Source: Eledone cirrhosa (taxonomy: Eukaryota). From it: a stretch of 64,000 nucleotides of DNA. The translations under genes and the position numbers were made by a program. Shown piece after piece: positions 1 through 11,160 of the stretch (the stretch's first letter is position 1; the number at the start of each line of letters is the position of its first letter). Under the pieces are notes generated by a model, which searched no databases, had not been told where the DNA came from, and saw only the letters and a list, made by a program, of their open reading frames with translations. Location of the stretch: NCBI GenBank assembly GCA_964016885.1, contig OZ024747.1, positions 26,660,001-26,724,000 on the forward strand, written 5' to 3'.

Positions 1-678
1 TTCGCCTGATACTGCCAACAATAATCCTGAATTCCTGAATATCGTGATCCCTGGATATGTGAAGTGGATGTACAGGTACGACTCAGAACTCAAAGGTTAG
101 TTATCATAGTGGAAGCAGCCAACGCGACCAAGGTCCAAAGCAGGTGCGGAACAAAATATAGGTGTTGTTGACTGCTTTTTCAGTTACCTGGGCATTGTGC
201 ATCATGAATACGCACCAGGAGTGCGTACTATCAGGAGTACTACCTTCGTGGTGCTGTTCGGTGCAAGGGACCGGATCAGTTGGTCTCGCAAAACTGGCAG
301 TTGCATCATGACAATGCCACACTCCATTCGTCGCAGTTGATCCAAGGTTTCTTTACAAAGAAACGCGTTTCGCTCATTCTACAAGCTCCCTATTCTAGAG
401 ACATGACTCCTTCAGACCTCTGGTCGTTCCCAAAAATGAAGACGCCGCTGTAAGACTCCCGATTTGAGAGCCGAGAGACCATCAGGGGAAATGCTACGGC
501 GAAGTTGAAATCCATTCTCGAAAAAGCATTCCAGGTGAACTTTGATCAGTAGAAAAATTGATGGATTAAGTTTATGGAAGCAAAAAGATCCTACATTGTA
601 GGGGATTAGAAGTTGAACCCGCCAAGTATATAATTCTTTTTCCTAGACTAAGGTCGGATAGTTTTTCAATAGACCTCA
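1..678 (+). mobile_element. mariner transposon remnant: decayed transposase 3' part plus right TIR
   Basis: Manual translation gives decayed mariner motifs (NPEFLNIVIPG..WMYRYDSE, GIVHHEYAPG, NWQLHHDNA, QAPYSRDMTPSDLWSFPKMK, ending VGD* at 607-609) with stops and frameshifts; TIR-like AGGTCGGATAGTTTTTCAATAGACCTCA at about 651-678 followed by TA. Confidence 0.85.
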
Positions 679-1129
679 TATATATATATATGTATGTGTG
701 TGTATGGGCATGTATGTGTGCAGATGTATGTGTGTGGATGTGTGTGGATGTGTATATACATTTGTATGTAAGTGTGTCAATGTGTGTATGTGTAAAAGAG
801 ACACAGAAGAAATAATCTATGTAAGAAAGGAGAGATGTCAAAATCTCTTACTGTCAAACCTCCAGACGTTAACCATATTAACACGTTGTGTCATCATATC
901 TTTGCTCCTTCTATCATTAACAGATCTCTCTTGGGTCAGTGTCATTGTCTAACAAATCTTTCCTTACTCCATCGTGTCATTCTAGCAAGCAGTGTTAACT
1001 ATCGGTTCTTGTTACACCGATTACAGTAAGAGTTTGATGATAACTACCTTGTATAACACGACAATTTCTCTCTATACTTGTATACTAATAAGTACAAAGT
1101 ACACACACGCACGTGTATATATGTATATG

Positions 1130-1210
<81 letters not shown>

Positions 1211-1234
1211 GTGTGTGTGTGTGCGTGTGTGTAT

Positions 1235-1409
1235 GACGAAGGAAGTGTGGTAAGGAACCAGGTGGACCATAACGCACCAGAGTACTCGATATTTTGGGTA
1301 GTAGAGTGGGTAATAGGAAAAGAGTCAGGACCCCGACGGCTGAGCTCCGGCCGTTTCGACAGCTAGTTCAGAACTACGGCCGGAGCTCAGCCGTCGGGGT
1401 CCTGGCTCT

Positions 1410-1413
<4 letters not shown>
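1235..1413. repeat. dispersed GC-rich hairpin element (family A), copy 1
   Basis: 38-bp inverted arms 1317-1354 and 1376-1413; homologous copies at 22771-22944 and 50800-50988; abuts (TA)n. Confidence 0.8.
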
Positions 1414-1444
<31 letters not shown>

Positions 1445-1508
1445 TGTAGGGGTGCAATATAATTGCGTCCGTAGGCGGTATGCCGGTGAGCACTCGATGC
1501 TCTTGCAC

Positions 1509-1679
1509 TATAAGAATAAAGGAACAAAGAATCAGTGTTGCATCATAATATATTTATTCCCGGAGTCAGGTTTGATCACGAATAGATCGTTCCTCGAGTT
1601 GATTGACAGTGAAACATATGTAATATGTTATTAAATATGTTATCATGCAACACTGATTCTTTGTTTCTTTATTCTTATA
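1509..1679. repeat. fold-back element with about 48-bp arms
   Basis: TATAAGAATAAAGGAACAAAGAATCAGTGTTGCAT.. is the near reverse complement of ..ATGCAACACTGATTCTTTGTTTCTTTATTCTTATA. Confidence 0.75.
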
Positions 1680-1959
1680 CTACATACATACATACATATA
1701 TATATATATAAGTTTTTTACATTCATTTAAATTATTGATTTATTGATATTTTATTTGAGTGACCCGAATCCTCCTGGTCGTTCTTTTTCGGCTGCACGGG
1801 TGATTTTAGGCTTAATCTTTATGTGTTGGTAATTTAACGATAGTTATAGCTCTGATTTATCCAAATTATTGAGCCCTCTGCCACTCATATCGGATTTGTT
1901 TATCGTTAATTCGTGAGCTGATTTCCCGATACTCGATTATTCTATTATATATATATATA

Positions 1960-1998
<39 letters not shown>

Positions 1999-2012
1999 AT
2001 ATATATATATAT

Positions 2013-2278
<266 letters not shown>

Positions 2279-2320
2279 ATTCAAATATTAATAAAATAGA
2301 TGTTCTTGTGATCAATTCAA

Positions 2321-2384
2321 TTTTATTATACATATTTCAGAGGTACGTGAATCAGGTTCAGCAGTACGTCCTCATCAGATAAAA
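2321..2384 (-). ncRNA. type I hammerhead ribozyme (family C)
   Basis: Minus strand TTTTAT-CTGATGA-[33-nt stem II]-GAAA-TATGT-ATA-ATAAAA; stem I TTTTAT/ATAAAA, self-complementary stem III, AUA cleavage triplet. Confidence 0.7.
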
Positions 2385-2574
2385 TAAAATGATACATGAC
2401 ATACCCTGAGATGTTAGATGGTTAAGATTTAGTCAAGGTAGTACATATATATATATGTGTGTGTGTATGTCAGTGTGGTGATGGCGATAATGAATGTGGG
2501 ATGATGATGACCGTCGTCGTAGTAGTGATGATTGTGGGGGGGGGTCATGAGGGGATGTTGCCGTCATCGTAATT

Positions 2575-2875
2575 GTACTTGGTAGTGGTGGTGGCGGTGG
2601 TTGAGGGGGGGGGGAGTAGTGGTGGTGGCGGCGGCAGTGGTGGTGGTGATGGTGGTGATGGCAGTGGTGGTGGTAGGGGTGATGGTAGTGGTGCTGGTGG
2701 CGGCGGCAGTGGTGGTGGTGATGGTGGTGGTGGTGGCAGTGGTGGTGGTAGTGGTGATGGCAGTGGTGGTGGTTGCGGCGGCAGTGGTGGTGGTGGTGGT
2801 GATGGCAGTGGTGGTGGTTGCGGCGGCAGTGGTGGTGGTGATGGTGGTGGTGATGGCAGTGGTGGTGTTGGTGTC
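2575..2875. repeat. compound (GGT/GGC/GAT)n microsatellite
   Basis: Direct reading; explains poly-His/Gly/Val ORFs. Confidence 0.95.
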
Positions 2876-3171
2876 GATTCTCGTTTTTATTGAAATGTGC
2901 AGACGACATCGTTCGACTTGAGAGATTAATGTTAAGTGTCAACATGGCAGCCAGATGTGGTTTTGGTTGTGTGACACACAGACAAACCGAACTGGTGGAG
3001 GTGATGGGGGGGGGGGGTGATGATGTCTACGGGGGGGGGTGATAAAGCAAGGGGTTAGGATGGTCTGGAGGGGTGTAGCTATGGTGAAGGGTGGATGAAG
3101 TTGTTATGAAAGGTGGGGTGACTATGAGGGGATGGAGCTGTGTTTAGGGGCGGGGCGATTAGGAGTGTTTC

Positions 3172-3370
3172 AGCTACGGTGAGAGGTGGAGTTATGGTAA
3201 GGAGGAGATTAATGAAATGAGGTGGGATGGCTATGAGGGGGTGGAGCTACGGTGTGGGTTGGAGGGACTAGGCGTATTGGAGCTACGGTGAGAGGTGGAG
3301 TTATGGTAAGGAGGAGCTTAATGAAATGAGGTGGGATGACTACGAGGGGTGGAGCTACGGAGTGGGTTGG
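3172..3370. repeat. tandem duplication, period about 110 bp, G-rich
   Basis: GCTACGGTGAGAGGTGGAGTTATGGTAAGGAGGAG..AATGAAATGAGGTGGGATG at about 3173 and 3283. Confidence 0.85.
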
Positions 3371-3689
3371 CGTTTTGGAGCTAATGGGAGAGGTTGACTG
3401 GAGGCCTAATGGTGTGGGATGTTGGTGATAGAATGGGTAGAGCTAAGGTGAGGGGGTTGGTGAAGAGATTGTTTGTTATATGTGGGGTGGTAAGCAGCGA
3501 GGGGTGGTTTGGGGGTTGCGTGCGGAGTAATGAAGAAGATAGAGAGAAAAGGGGACGTGGCGAACGAAAGGTAGTGAGAGAAAGCGGCAAACAGAGAGAC
3601 AGGTAAACAGATAAATAGACAGGTGGGCAGTCAAAGTGGCAGACAGGTAAGTTGACACACAGACTGACTGATAGTTTTACAGATAGGTA

Positions 3690-4005
3690 AACAGACAGAT
3701 AGACAGACAGATAGTCAAATTGATAGACAGGCAGGTGGGTAGCCAGATAAATAGTCAGATAGATAGATATGCAGACTGATTAACAAACAAGCAGGTAAAT
3801 AGACAAACAGACGAATTGACAGACATGCAGACAGACAGGCAGACAGACAGTAGGCGAGACAGGCAGACAGACAGGCAGACAGACATGCAGACAGACAGGC
3901 AGACAGACAGGCAGACAGACATGCAGACAGACAGGCAGACAGACAGTAGGCGAGACAGGCAGACAGACAGTAGGCGAGACAGGCAGACAGACAGATAGAC
4001 AGACA
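3690..4005. repeat. (GACA/GGCA)n compound tetranucleotide satellite
   Basis: Direct reading. Confidence 0.9.
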
Positions 4006-4264
4006 CAGAAAAATAGAGCTTTCTTCTTTCCGATAAAATCTGGTGACATTCAATTTTAGTCAAGTTGCATTTCGGAGTTATCTCCCCTACGTTACTTGAC
4101 CAGAATTAGTCATTAAACTGACGTTTTTTTCTCATTACTGCGGATGTAATTTGATTCATTAATTAATTAAAATTTAGTAGGGGTGGGGGAGTTGCGCTCA
4201 CTGCATTAAGTCGGTTATGACAGGCTTAATGTAAAGTACTAATAGCTACTACTAATACCACTTA

Positions 4265-4279
4265 AAATACTACTACTAT

Positions 4280-4338
<59 letters not shown>

Positions 4339-4394
4339 TTACTACTGCTACTACTACTGTTGCTGCTGCTACTATTACTACTACTACTGCTAAA

Positions 4395-4438
<44 letters not shown>

Positions 4439-4501
4439 GAACACAATCATCAACAATAAGACTAACTCGAGAGAAGGAACATGGAAAAAAATCAACAATA
4501 A

Positions 4502-4536
<35 letters not shown>

Positions 4537-4700
4537 GCAACAACAACAGCAACAACAACAGCAACAACAACAGCAACAACAACAGCAACAACAACAACAG
4601 CAACAACAACAGCAACAACAACAATGAAAACGACACTAGCAACAACAACAATAACAAACACAAGCAGCAACAACAACAATAACAGCAACAACGACAACAG
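4265..4700. repeat. (ACT)n and (ACA/GCA)n microsatellites
   Basis: Direct reading. Confidence 0.95.
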
Positions 4701-5292
4701 GAACAACAAATTAACAGAAAAAAAATGAACTCTCGCCAACACGTGCAGTCACAATGGCGTTTCAACATGTTCACATTAACACTACATGCCACATGTCAGC
4801 AGATGTCACCAAGCGTTACTGGTTGCTACCAGACGTTTCCAGATACCACCATTTGTATGTACACCAGACTAGAAATGTGTGCTGGGTACTTTAGAAGAAG
4901 AAAATAATATAGACATCTGCAAATATATGTATGTATATGTGTGCGTATATATATATATATATTTATTTATTTATTTATTTATTAAAATATATCTATGTAT
5001 ATGTGTGCGTATATATATATATTTATTTATTTATTTATTTATTAAAATATATGTATGTATATGTGTGCGTATATATATATATATATTTATTTATTTATTT
5101 ATTTATTTATTAAAATATATCTATGTATATGTGTGCGTATATATACTCTTTTACTCTTTTACCTGTTTCAGCCATCCGGCTGAGGCTATGCTGGGGCACC
5201 GCCCTTATATATATATATATTTATTTATTTATTTATTTATTAAAATATATGTATTATATGTGTGCGTATATATATATATATATATATATATA

Positions 5293-6320
5293 TTTCGTTT
5301 CTGAATTTGTTTAGCAAGATTCTTTATCTGAAAACGTGTGTTGAAACCGATATTGTTATACTTTGGGAGGGTCATGTTGCCAATAACAAACACACGCACT
5401 AGTTGCTTTCACTTCAATTTATTATAAATTAAATTTATAAATTTAGGAATTTATAAATTTCCGGTTGGTTGGTTGGTTCCACAACCAGACGATTGTTCAT
5501 ATATTGTCAAAGTTCTTTCGTCACACATTCTGTGACCTCTTCAGTGACTGGGGATTCTTTTCTTTGTTTTTTGTGCCTCTCCTTTGTTCTGTCCTACGCC
5601 ATCTTGTTTTTGTGTGTTCTCCTATACTACGAGCTGTCTCACCTATGTACACTATATTCTTATCTCTACATTGTCCTTCAGTACTTCTTATGCTATATAC
5701 TACATTTCTAGTTTTACAGTTAATATGGGGGCTTAATTTACAGATTATACATTTCTTATCTATACAGGGAGGTCTTTGAAAAGGGTATGTATTGCTAATA
5801 AGTGTTTTTATGGAGGTACCTGGTCTTTCTACTATCTTAATATTGAGTTTATGTTTATCTAGAGTCCTTCTAAATCTGTAAGCTAATTCACCTCTAGGGG
5901 TTGTATTGATGAACATTACACTCTGGTATTTATTGCTATCATACCATGAGTTTATTCTATTAACCTTATTCCTAGTTCTTTCTATTCAATTCCAAAATTT
6001 GCTCCTATACAAGGGGCAGGTCCCATTTGTATCATTATTTACCATTTTTTCCCATTTGGTTCTGGCTCCTCTATATACTCTGATTTTATCTCTCTGATTG
6101 TAACCTGAGAACTGCATACGGTGGATAAAGTGTTGTATGTGTCTCTCTAGTTCTTTGGGGTTGCACATGCGGGACACGTTTCTCATCACCCGTACCAAAT
6201 CCGCAATCAGTATGTTGATTTTGGTATGGTCCGAAACGGCCGAGTTTCGGTGGATCAGATGTTTGGAAGTCATGGGTTTGGCATAATGGGAATGGAGGAT
6301 TTGTTTTTTGTTATTAATGG
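5293..6320 (-). mobile_element. Penelope-like element fragment (Neptune-like), 5'-truncated and internally deleted
   Basis: RT thumb, Cys linker (PPCIDKKCIICK..C) and GIY-YIG start (NVVYSI..VYIGETARS); highly similar to 38238-42735; deletion near 5615 joins the endonuclease to the 3' UTR. Confidence 0.9.
5506..5548 (-). ncRNA. type I hammerhead ribozyme in PLE 3' region
   Basis: GTCA-CTGAAGA-G-GTCACA-GAATG-TGTGAC-GAAA-GAACTT-TGAC. Confidence 0.75.
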
Positions 6321-6402
6321 TATATGCATACATATATACATACACACATACACACATACACACATATACATATATATATATATATATACAGAGAGAGAGA
6401 GA

Positions 6403-6473
<71 letters not shown>

Positions 6474-6517
6474 AATGCTCTATGATTTTATATATTTTGA
6501 TATATATATTATCCTTA

Positions 6518-6873
6518 TGAATGTAGCGAGAATGGTCCGAGTGAACGGGACCGCTCTGAATATATGCCTGTAGTTTGAGAAATGGAAAAATTGAGAGAGG
6601 GCGCTTGCCCTGGTGGTCAGGGTGGCCATGGTCTTTTGTGTGGTTTTCGCCACGAGTAACCCTCGGAGGTTTCCCCTCTATTGGGGAATTTTTCATTGTT
6701 TCAATTTTCATTTTTATTGTTTATATATATATATATATATGTTTCTATGTCCTTTTTTTTCTTTTCTTATATAAATAATAAAAATCTTTACACGCACAAA
6801 ACCCACATCGTAGCGTCCTGTGCGGTCTGTAATGTTTTTCTTGATGTCAGCCCTTGTGGCCAATAAAGAAATC
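6518..6873 (+). mobile_element. Tx1/L1-clade LINE 3' fragment
   Basis: Encodes VARMVRVNGTALNICL*, matching the ORF2 C-terminus at 52200 (VARMARVNGPSLYLSL*); ends CCCTTGTGGCCAATAAAGAAAT like 21297. Confidence 0.75.
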
Positions 6874-6891
6874 ATTATTATTATTATTATT

Positions 6892-7345
6892 ACAGTTGCA
6901 TTTATCTTGCTTTATGTTCATACGAGTTATCACTAAGTCACAACCAGTGACCTCAAGAGACAACAAGGTCCGCCATGTTCAAGAAAGAACATACATTCAC
7001 ACACATGCATCTTTAGGTTTTTAGACTTGTGATGTACTTATATTGACAGAATCTTCCTTAGTATATGGCAGTTCCCATTAGTACTATCTTTTGTATTTCT
7101 CCTATACGCGGGTTTCCTGGGATTTGCGATAAGTAATCATTAGACCCCTTAGGTATCATTCCTAGAGTGCTTACAACCACTGGTATTGTTTTAGTTCTCA
7201 ATTTCCACATTTTTCCAATTTCTATCTCCAGGTCCTTATACTTGCTCAATTTTTCAAATGTTTTTATAGATACATTCTTGTCTATTGGAACGGACATATC
7301 AATTAGCAGGCATGCCCTCTTTTTAAAATCCTTTGTATTATAAAT
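6892..7345 (-). mobile_element. R4/Dong-clade LINE 3' fragment (restriction-like endonuclease)
   Basis: CLLIDMSVPIDKNVSIKTFEKLSKYKDLEIEIGKMW..IPVVVSTLG..IQKIVLMGTA; (TAA)n on both sides. Confidence 0.85.
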
Positions 7346-7361
7346 TTTATATTCAAAAAAG

Positions 7362-7404
<43 letters not shown>

Positions 7405-7417
7405 CATATATATAATT

Positions 7418-7637
7418 CGTTTTTGAATTTGTTTTGCAAGATTTCTTATCTGAAAACATGTGTTGAAATAGATATTGTTATAGTTTGGGAGGGTCATGCT
7501 GCTAATAAAAACACATGCACCAGTCGGTTTCCACTTGAATTTATTATTTCCAACCGGAAATTTATAATAAATTGAAGTGAAAATCAAAAGATGCATGTGT
7601 TTTAATTGGCAGCATGACCCTCCCAAAGTATAACAAT
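7418..7637. mobile_element. fold-back terminal fragment of the Neptune-like PLE
   Basis: 7418-7570 matches 5295-5465; 7564-7637 is an inverted copy of part of it; further tail pieces at about 26178-26300 and 34575-34760. Confidence 0.75.
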
Positions 7638-7774
7638 ATATATATATATATATTTAAAGGTTAAACAAGGTTCAATGAATAAATCAATGAATGAGTTTTA
7701 CAATGTATTATATGTAAGTTTTTTCCATGTCTCAATCTTAAGGTATATAAATATTATTAATAAAACCATATTTA

Positions 7775-7836
7775 TTTCATTATACATATTTCAAGGGCCA
7801 CCAAAGCAGATTATGGTGCGCTTTCATCAGATAAAA
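7775..7836 (-). ncRNA. type I hammerhead ribozyme (family C)
   Basis: TTTTAT-CTGATGA-AAGCGCACCA..TGGTGGCCCTT-GAAA-TATGT-ATA-ATGAAA. Confidence 0.72.
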
Positions 7837-7979
7837 TATAATATAGATTAGTTTTATAAATAAATATTGACATACCCTGAAAAATGGAACCTTCACGGTT
7901 GGAGTCTCCCAGTTAGTGGAGATATTAGATTTATTGTTGGTTTATTATGCAAATTATTCACGGTTGTAGTTTCCTGTAT

Positions 7980-8079
<100 letters not shown>

Positions 8080-8152
8080 TATATATTCACAGACACACAT
8101 ATATATAATATACAGTATATATATATATATATATATTATACTATGTTATATT

Positions 8153-8333
8153 TTGGCAATATCGGTAGAGAGTCGGACGCCATGCTTTGCAGCACAGTTA
8201 CGTCCCTTTACGGACTGAGCTCAAATCCCGCCGAGGTTAACTTTGCCTTTCATCCTTACGGGGTCGATAAAATAAAGTACCAGTAATGCACTGGGATAAT
8301 TGCTGGCCTGGTGCCAAAAGTAGAAACAATTAT
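8153..8333 (+). mobile_element. tRNA-derived SINE (Deu/Nin-like core)
   Basis: A-box-like TGGCAATATCGG, B-box-like GAGCTCAAATCC, core GCCTTTCATCCTTACGGGGTCGATAAAATAAAGTACCAG shared by about 10 copies in the window. Confidence 0.85.
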
Positions 8334-8335
8334 AT

Positions 8336-8500
8336 TCAGTACCAGCCAAGATCATGGATGTTATCCAACCATCTTGCTTGGCGTCTACCCCTGGGTCTCC
8401 TGTCCATTGGTTTTGCCCGTAAAATCAGTCAACCGATTCTTTTCTGAAACAGTCTAACCACATGCCCTGAGTATCGGAGCTGTGGTCTCTCAGTTCGAAG
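8336..8500 (-). pseudogene. RTE-clade LINE C-terminal fragment
   Basis: QLRYSGHVVR..RRPRGRRQARWLDNI. Confidence 0.75.
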
Positions 8501-8504
8501 ATAT

Positions 8505-8974
8505 ATGTATATATCAAATGAAATACCAATACACCTAACTATAGTATACATTGTGTATATATCAAATGAAATGCCAATATACCCAACTGTTGTGTACATA
8601 GTGTATATATCAAATGAAATGCCAATATACCTAACTATAGTATACATTGTGTATATATCAAATGAAATGCCAATATACCTAACTATAGTATACATTGTGT
8701 ATATATCAAATGAAATGCCAATATACCCAACTGTTGTGTACATAGTGTATATATCAAATGAAATGCCAATATACCTAACTATAGTATACATTGTGTATAT
8801 ATCAAATGAAATGCCAATATACCTAACTATAGTATACATTGTGTATATATCAAATGAAATACCAATATACCTAACTATAGTATACATTGTGTATATATCA
8901 AATGAAATACCAATATACCTAACTGTTGTGTACATAGTGTGTATATATCAAATGAAATACCAATATACCTAACT
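8505..8974. repeat. 48-bp minisatellite, about 9.7 copies, two unit variants
   Basis: Unit GTATATATCAAATGAAATRCCAATATACCTAACTATAGTATACATTGT; 16-aa periodicity in the ORF track. Confidence 0.95.
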
Positions 8975-9245
8975 TTATTGTTCAAGGCTCAGATCTTCGA
9001 TACTTACATCCTACCAGTTGTGTTATATGGTCTTGACTGTGTTAATTGGAGGACAAGGTCTCTTCAGAAGCTCTCTACATTCCAGAACCACATCATGAGA
9101 CTTATGACTGGTAAGCGGCTCAGCGACCGTATCTCTATCAGTGAGCTGCTCAACATTACCAAACTTAGACCAATTACATCAATTGTCAAGTCAAGTGTAC
9201 TCAAACTATACAGTCATATAAAAAGATCAACTCGTTCTGTGAGTA
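8975..9245 (+). pseudogene. RTE-clade LINE RT C-terminal fragment
   Basis: KAQIFDTYILPVVLYGLDC..FQNHIMRLMTGKRLSDRIS..LKLYSHIKR. Confidence 0.8.
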
Positions 9246-10027
9246 GGTTAAACCCAATAATCTTCATAAAATAATTTGCTTAACTAAATTGGTTTCATAA
9301 AGTATAATGGTGAAAAAATTACTAGGTGACATGGGGATGAATTGGAGAGACCTAGGATCGCAAGAAGAGGAACGTGACCTAGGTCTCCCACTAATTTAGC
9401 GCATACTAAAATAATATATGAAGATGCAGCTGAAAGAAAGAGAAACTTTAAGAGTTACTATGTCGTAGAGTGTTCCCTGTCATATGGCAGGTAAATTTGG
9501 AAGTATACATTTGCCTAAACATTTATGTCAGTACAAATATACTGTAGCTAAGCATATATATATATACATTGAGTATGTAAACCTGTCAGATTTACGTATT
9601 TTCCCGTGGTGTGAAAAACAAATGATGAATTGAGTATATACTACAAATATAGAGGAAGAATCGACCCGAGTACTAGACTGGTACTTTTTTAACGTCTTGG
9701 AATGGATGAAAGACAAGTTGAACTCGGTGAGATTTGAAACTTTATCCCACGTTCTAACAGCTCTGCTAATTCGTTGTCTCGTGAAAAGAATACAACTTTG
9801 TATAAATGGTCTACATTTATTTTTGTGTATTAATATGTATGTGCGTGCGCGGCATTCTTTCGACTCTCTATATATATTTTTTTCTTTCAGTGTGGTCTAC
9901 CTCTGGTGGTAGGGTCCGTACCGTGGATAGAACTCAATGTAATCCGATGGCGAGTAATCCAGTGAAATCCATACAAAAGTTCTGTGTTTCGCTGAGTTAA
10001 TTCCTTAGATACAGAGTCAGATATTAA

Positions 10028-10361
10028 GTATTAAATTAACAATGAAAATAAAAACAATAAAGTCAAGTTACTTTACCTATTCATATCATTGTTTGACGAT
10101 CGTTTCGGAGGGTCGATCGTATTGACATATTGTCTGATCTATGGGTTCGATCAGACCGTCTTCTTCGGAAACAGATTGTTTCCGAAGTAGACGGTCTAAT
10201 CGAACCTATATATGAGGTCTGATAGTGTACAGTTATATAACTGCTATAGATCAGACAATATGTCAATATGATCGACCCTCTCGAAACGAACGTAAAACAA
10301 TGATATGAATAGGTAAAGTAACTTGACTTTATTGTTTTTATTTTTATTGTTAAATTAATAC
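10028..10361. repeat. nested fold-back element with variant HHR on minus strand (10089-10173)
   Basis: Outer arms 10028-10142 and 10246-10361, inner hairpin 10144-10206; minus strand TGTTT-CCGAAGA-[long stem II]-GAAAC-GATC-GTC-AAACA. Confidence 0.75.
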
Positions 10362-10374
10362 CTGATATATATAT

Positions 10375-10472
<98 letters not shown>

Positions 10473-10604
10473 GTATATTTGGCAATATACCGTATGTTTA
10501 ATTAAAAACATTTAGAAGACCATACGCTATCAGTTTTAAAGTAGTGACTATGTCGCTTACTTCTTTTCTATAAGAATCCAACTTCGATAATTTTCGGCAA
10601 AAAC

Positions 10605-10668
10605 AAGGGAGTCAGTGGCTCTGATGAACGCCAACCAGCGTGAAACAGACTGTCAGCTTCTCTCCCTT
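10605..10668 (+). ncRNA. type I hammerhead ribozyme
   Basis: AAGGGAG..GGCT-CTGATGA(10621-10627)-ACGC-CAACCA-GCGT-GAAAC-AGACT-GTC-AGCT..CTCCCTT; GUC triplet; inside 31-bp inverted arms 10538-10568 and 10677-10707. Confidence 0.88.
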
Positions 10669-10851
10669 CTTTCGCTGAAAAGAAGTAAGTGACATAATCA
10701 CTACTTTCCTAATCTCCTCCAGGAATTAGAGATTATAGTATATCATTGTTTTCAACCTAATCTTTTTCACTTTTATTGAGCTCCTTCCTAATCACTTTGC
10801 ACAAAAATATTTTCGTTATAATTCCGAGGCACTTATTCCCAAAACTGATTT

Positions 10852-10940
<89 letters not shown>

Positions 10941-11063
10941 ACACACACATATACTCTTTCTCTCTCTCACATACTTTCTCTCTCTATTTATCTATCTTTA
11001 TACATATATATATGTGTGTGTGAGTGTGTCTATATGTATATATATATATAGTAATAATTGTTT

Positions 11064-11160
11064 CTACGTTAGGCACAAGGCCAGCAATTACCCAGTGCAT
11101 TACTGGTACTTTATTTTATCGACTCCGTAAGGATGAAAGGCAAAGTCAACCTCGGCGGGA
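11064..11160 (-). mobile_element. SINE 3' half (same family as 8153)
   Basis: Reverse complement of the shared core and tail. Confidence 0.8.

Noticed and set aside
8505-8974. CRISPR-like regular array
   Set aside because: Whole 48-bp unit repeats with only two variants, no unique spacers, eukaryotic context
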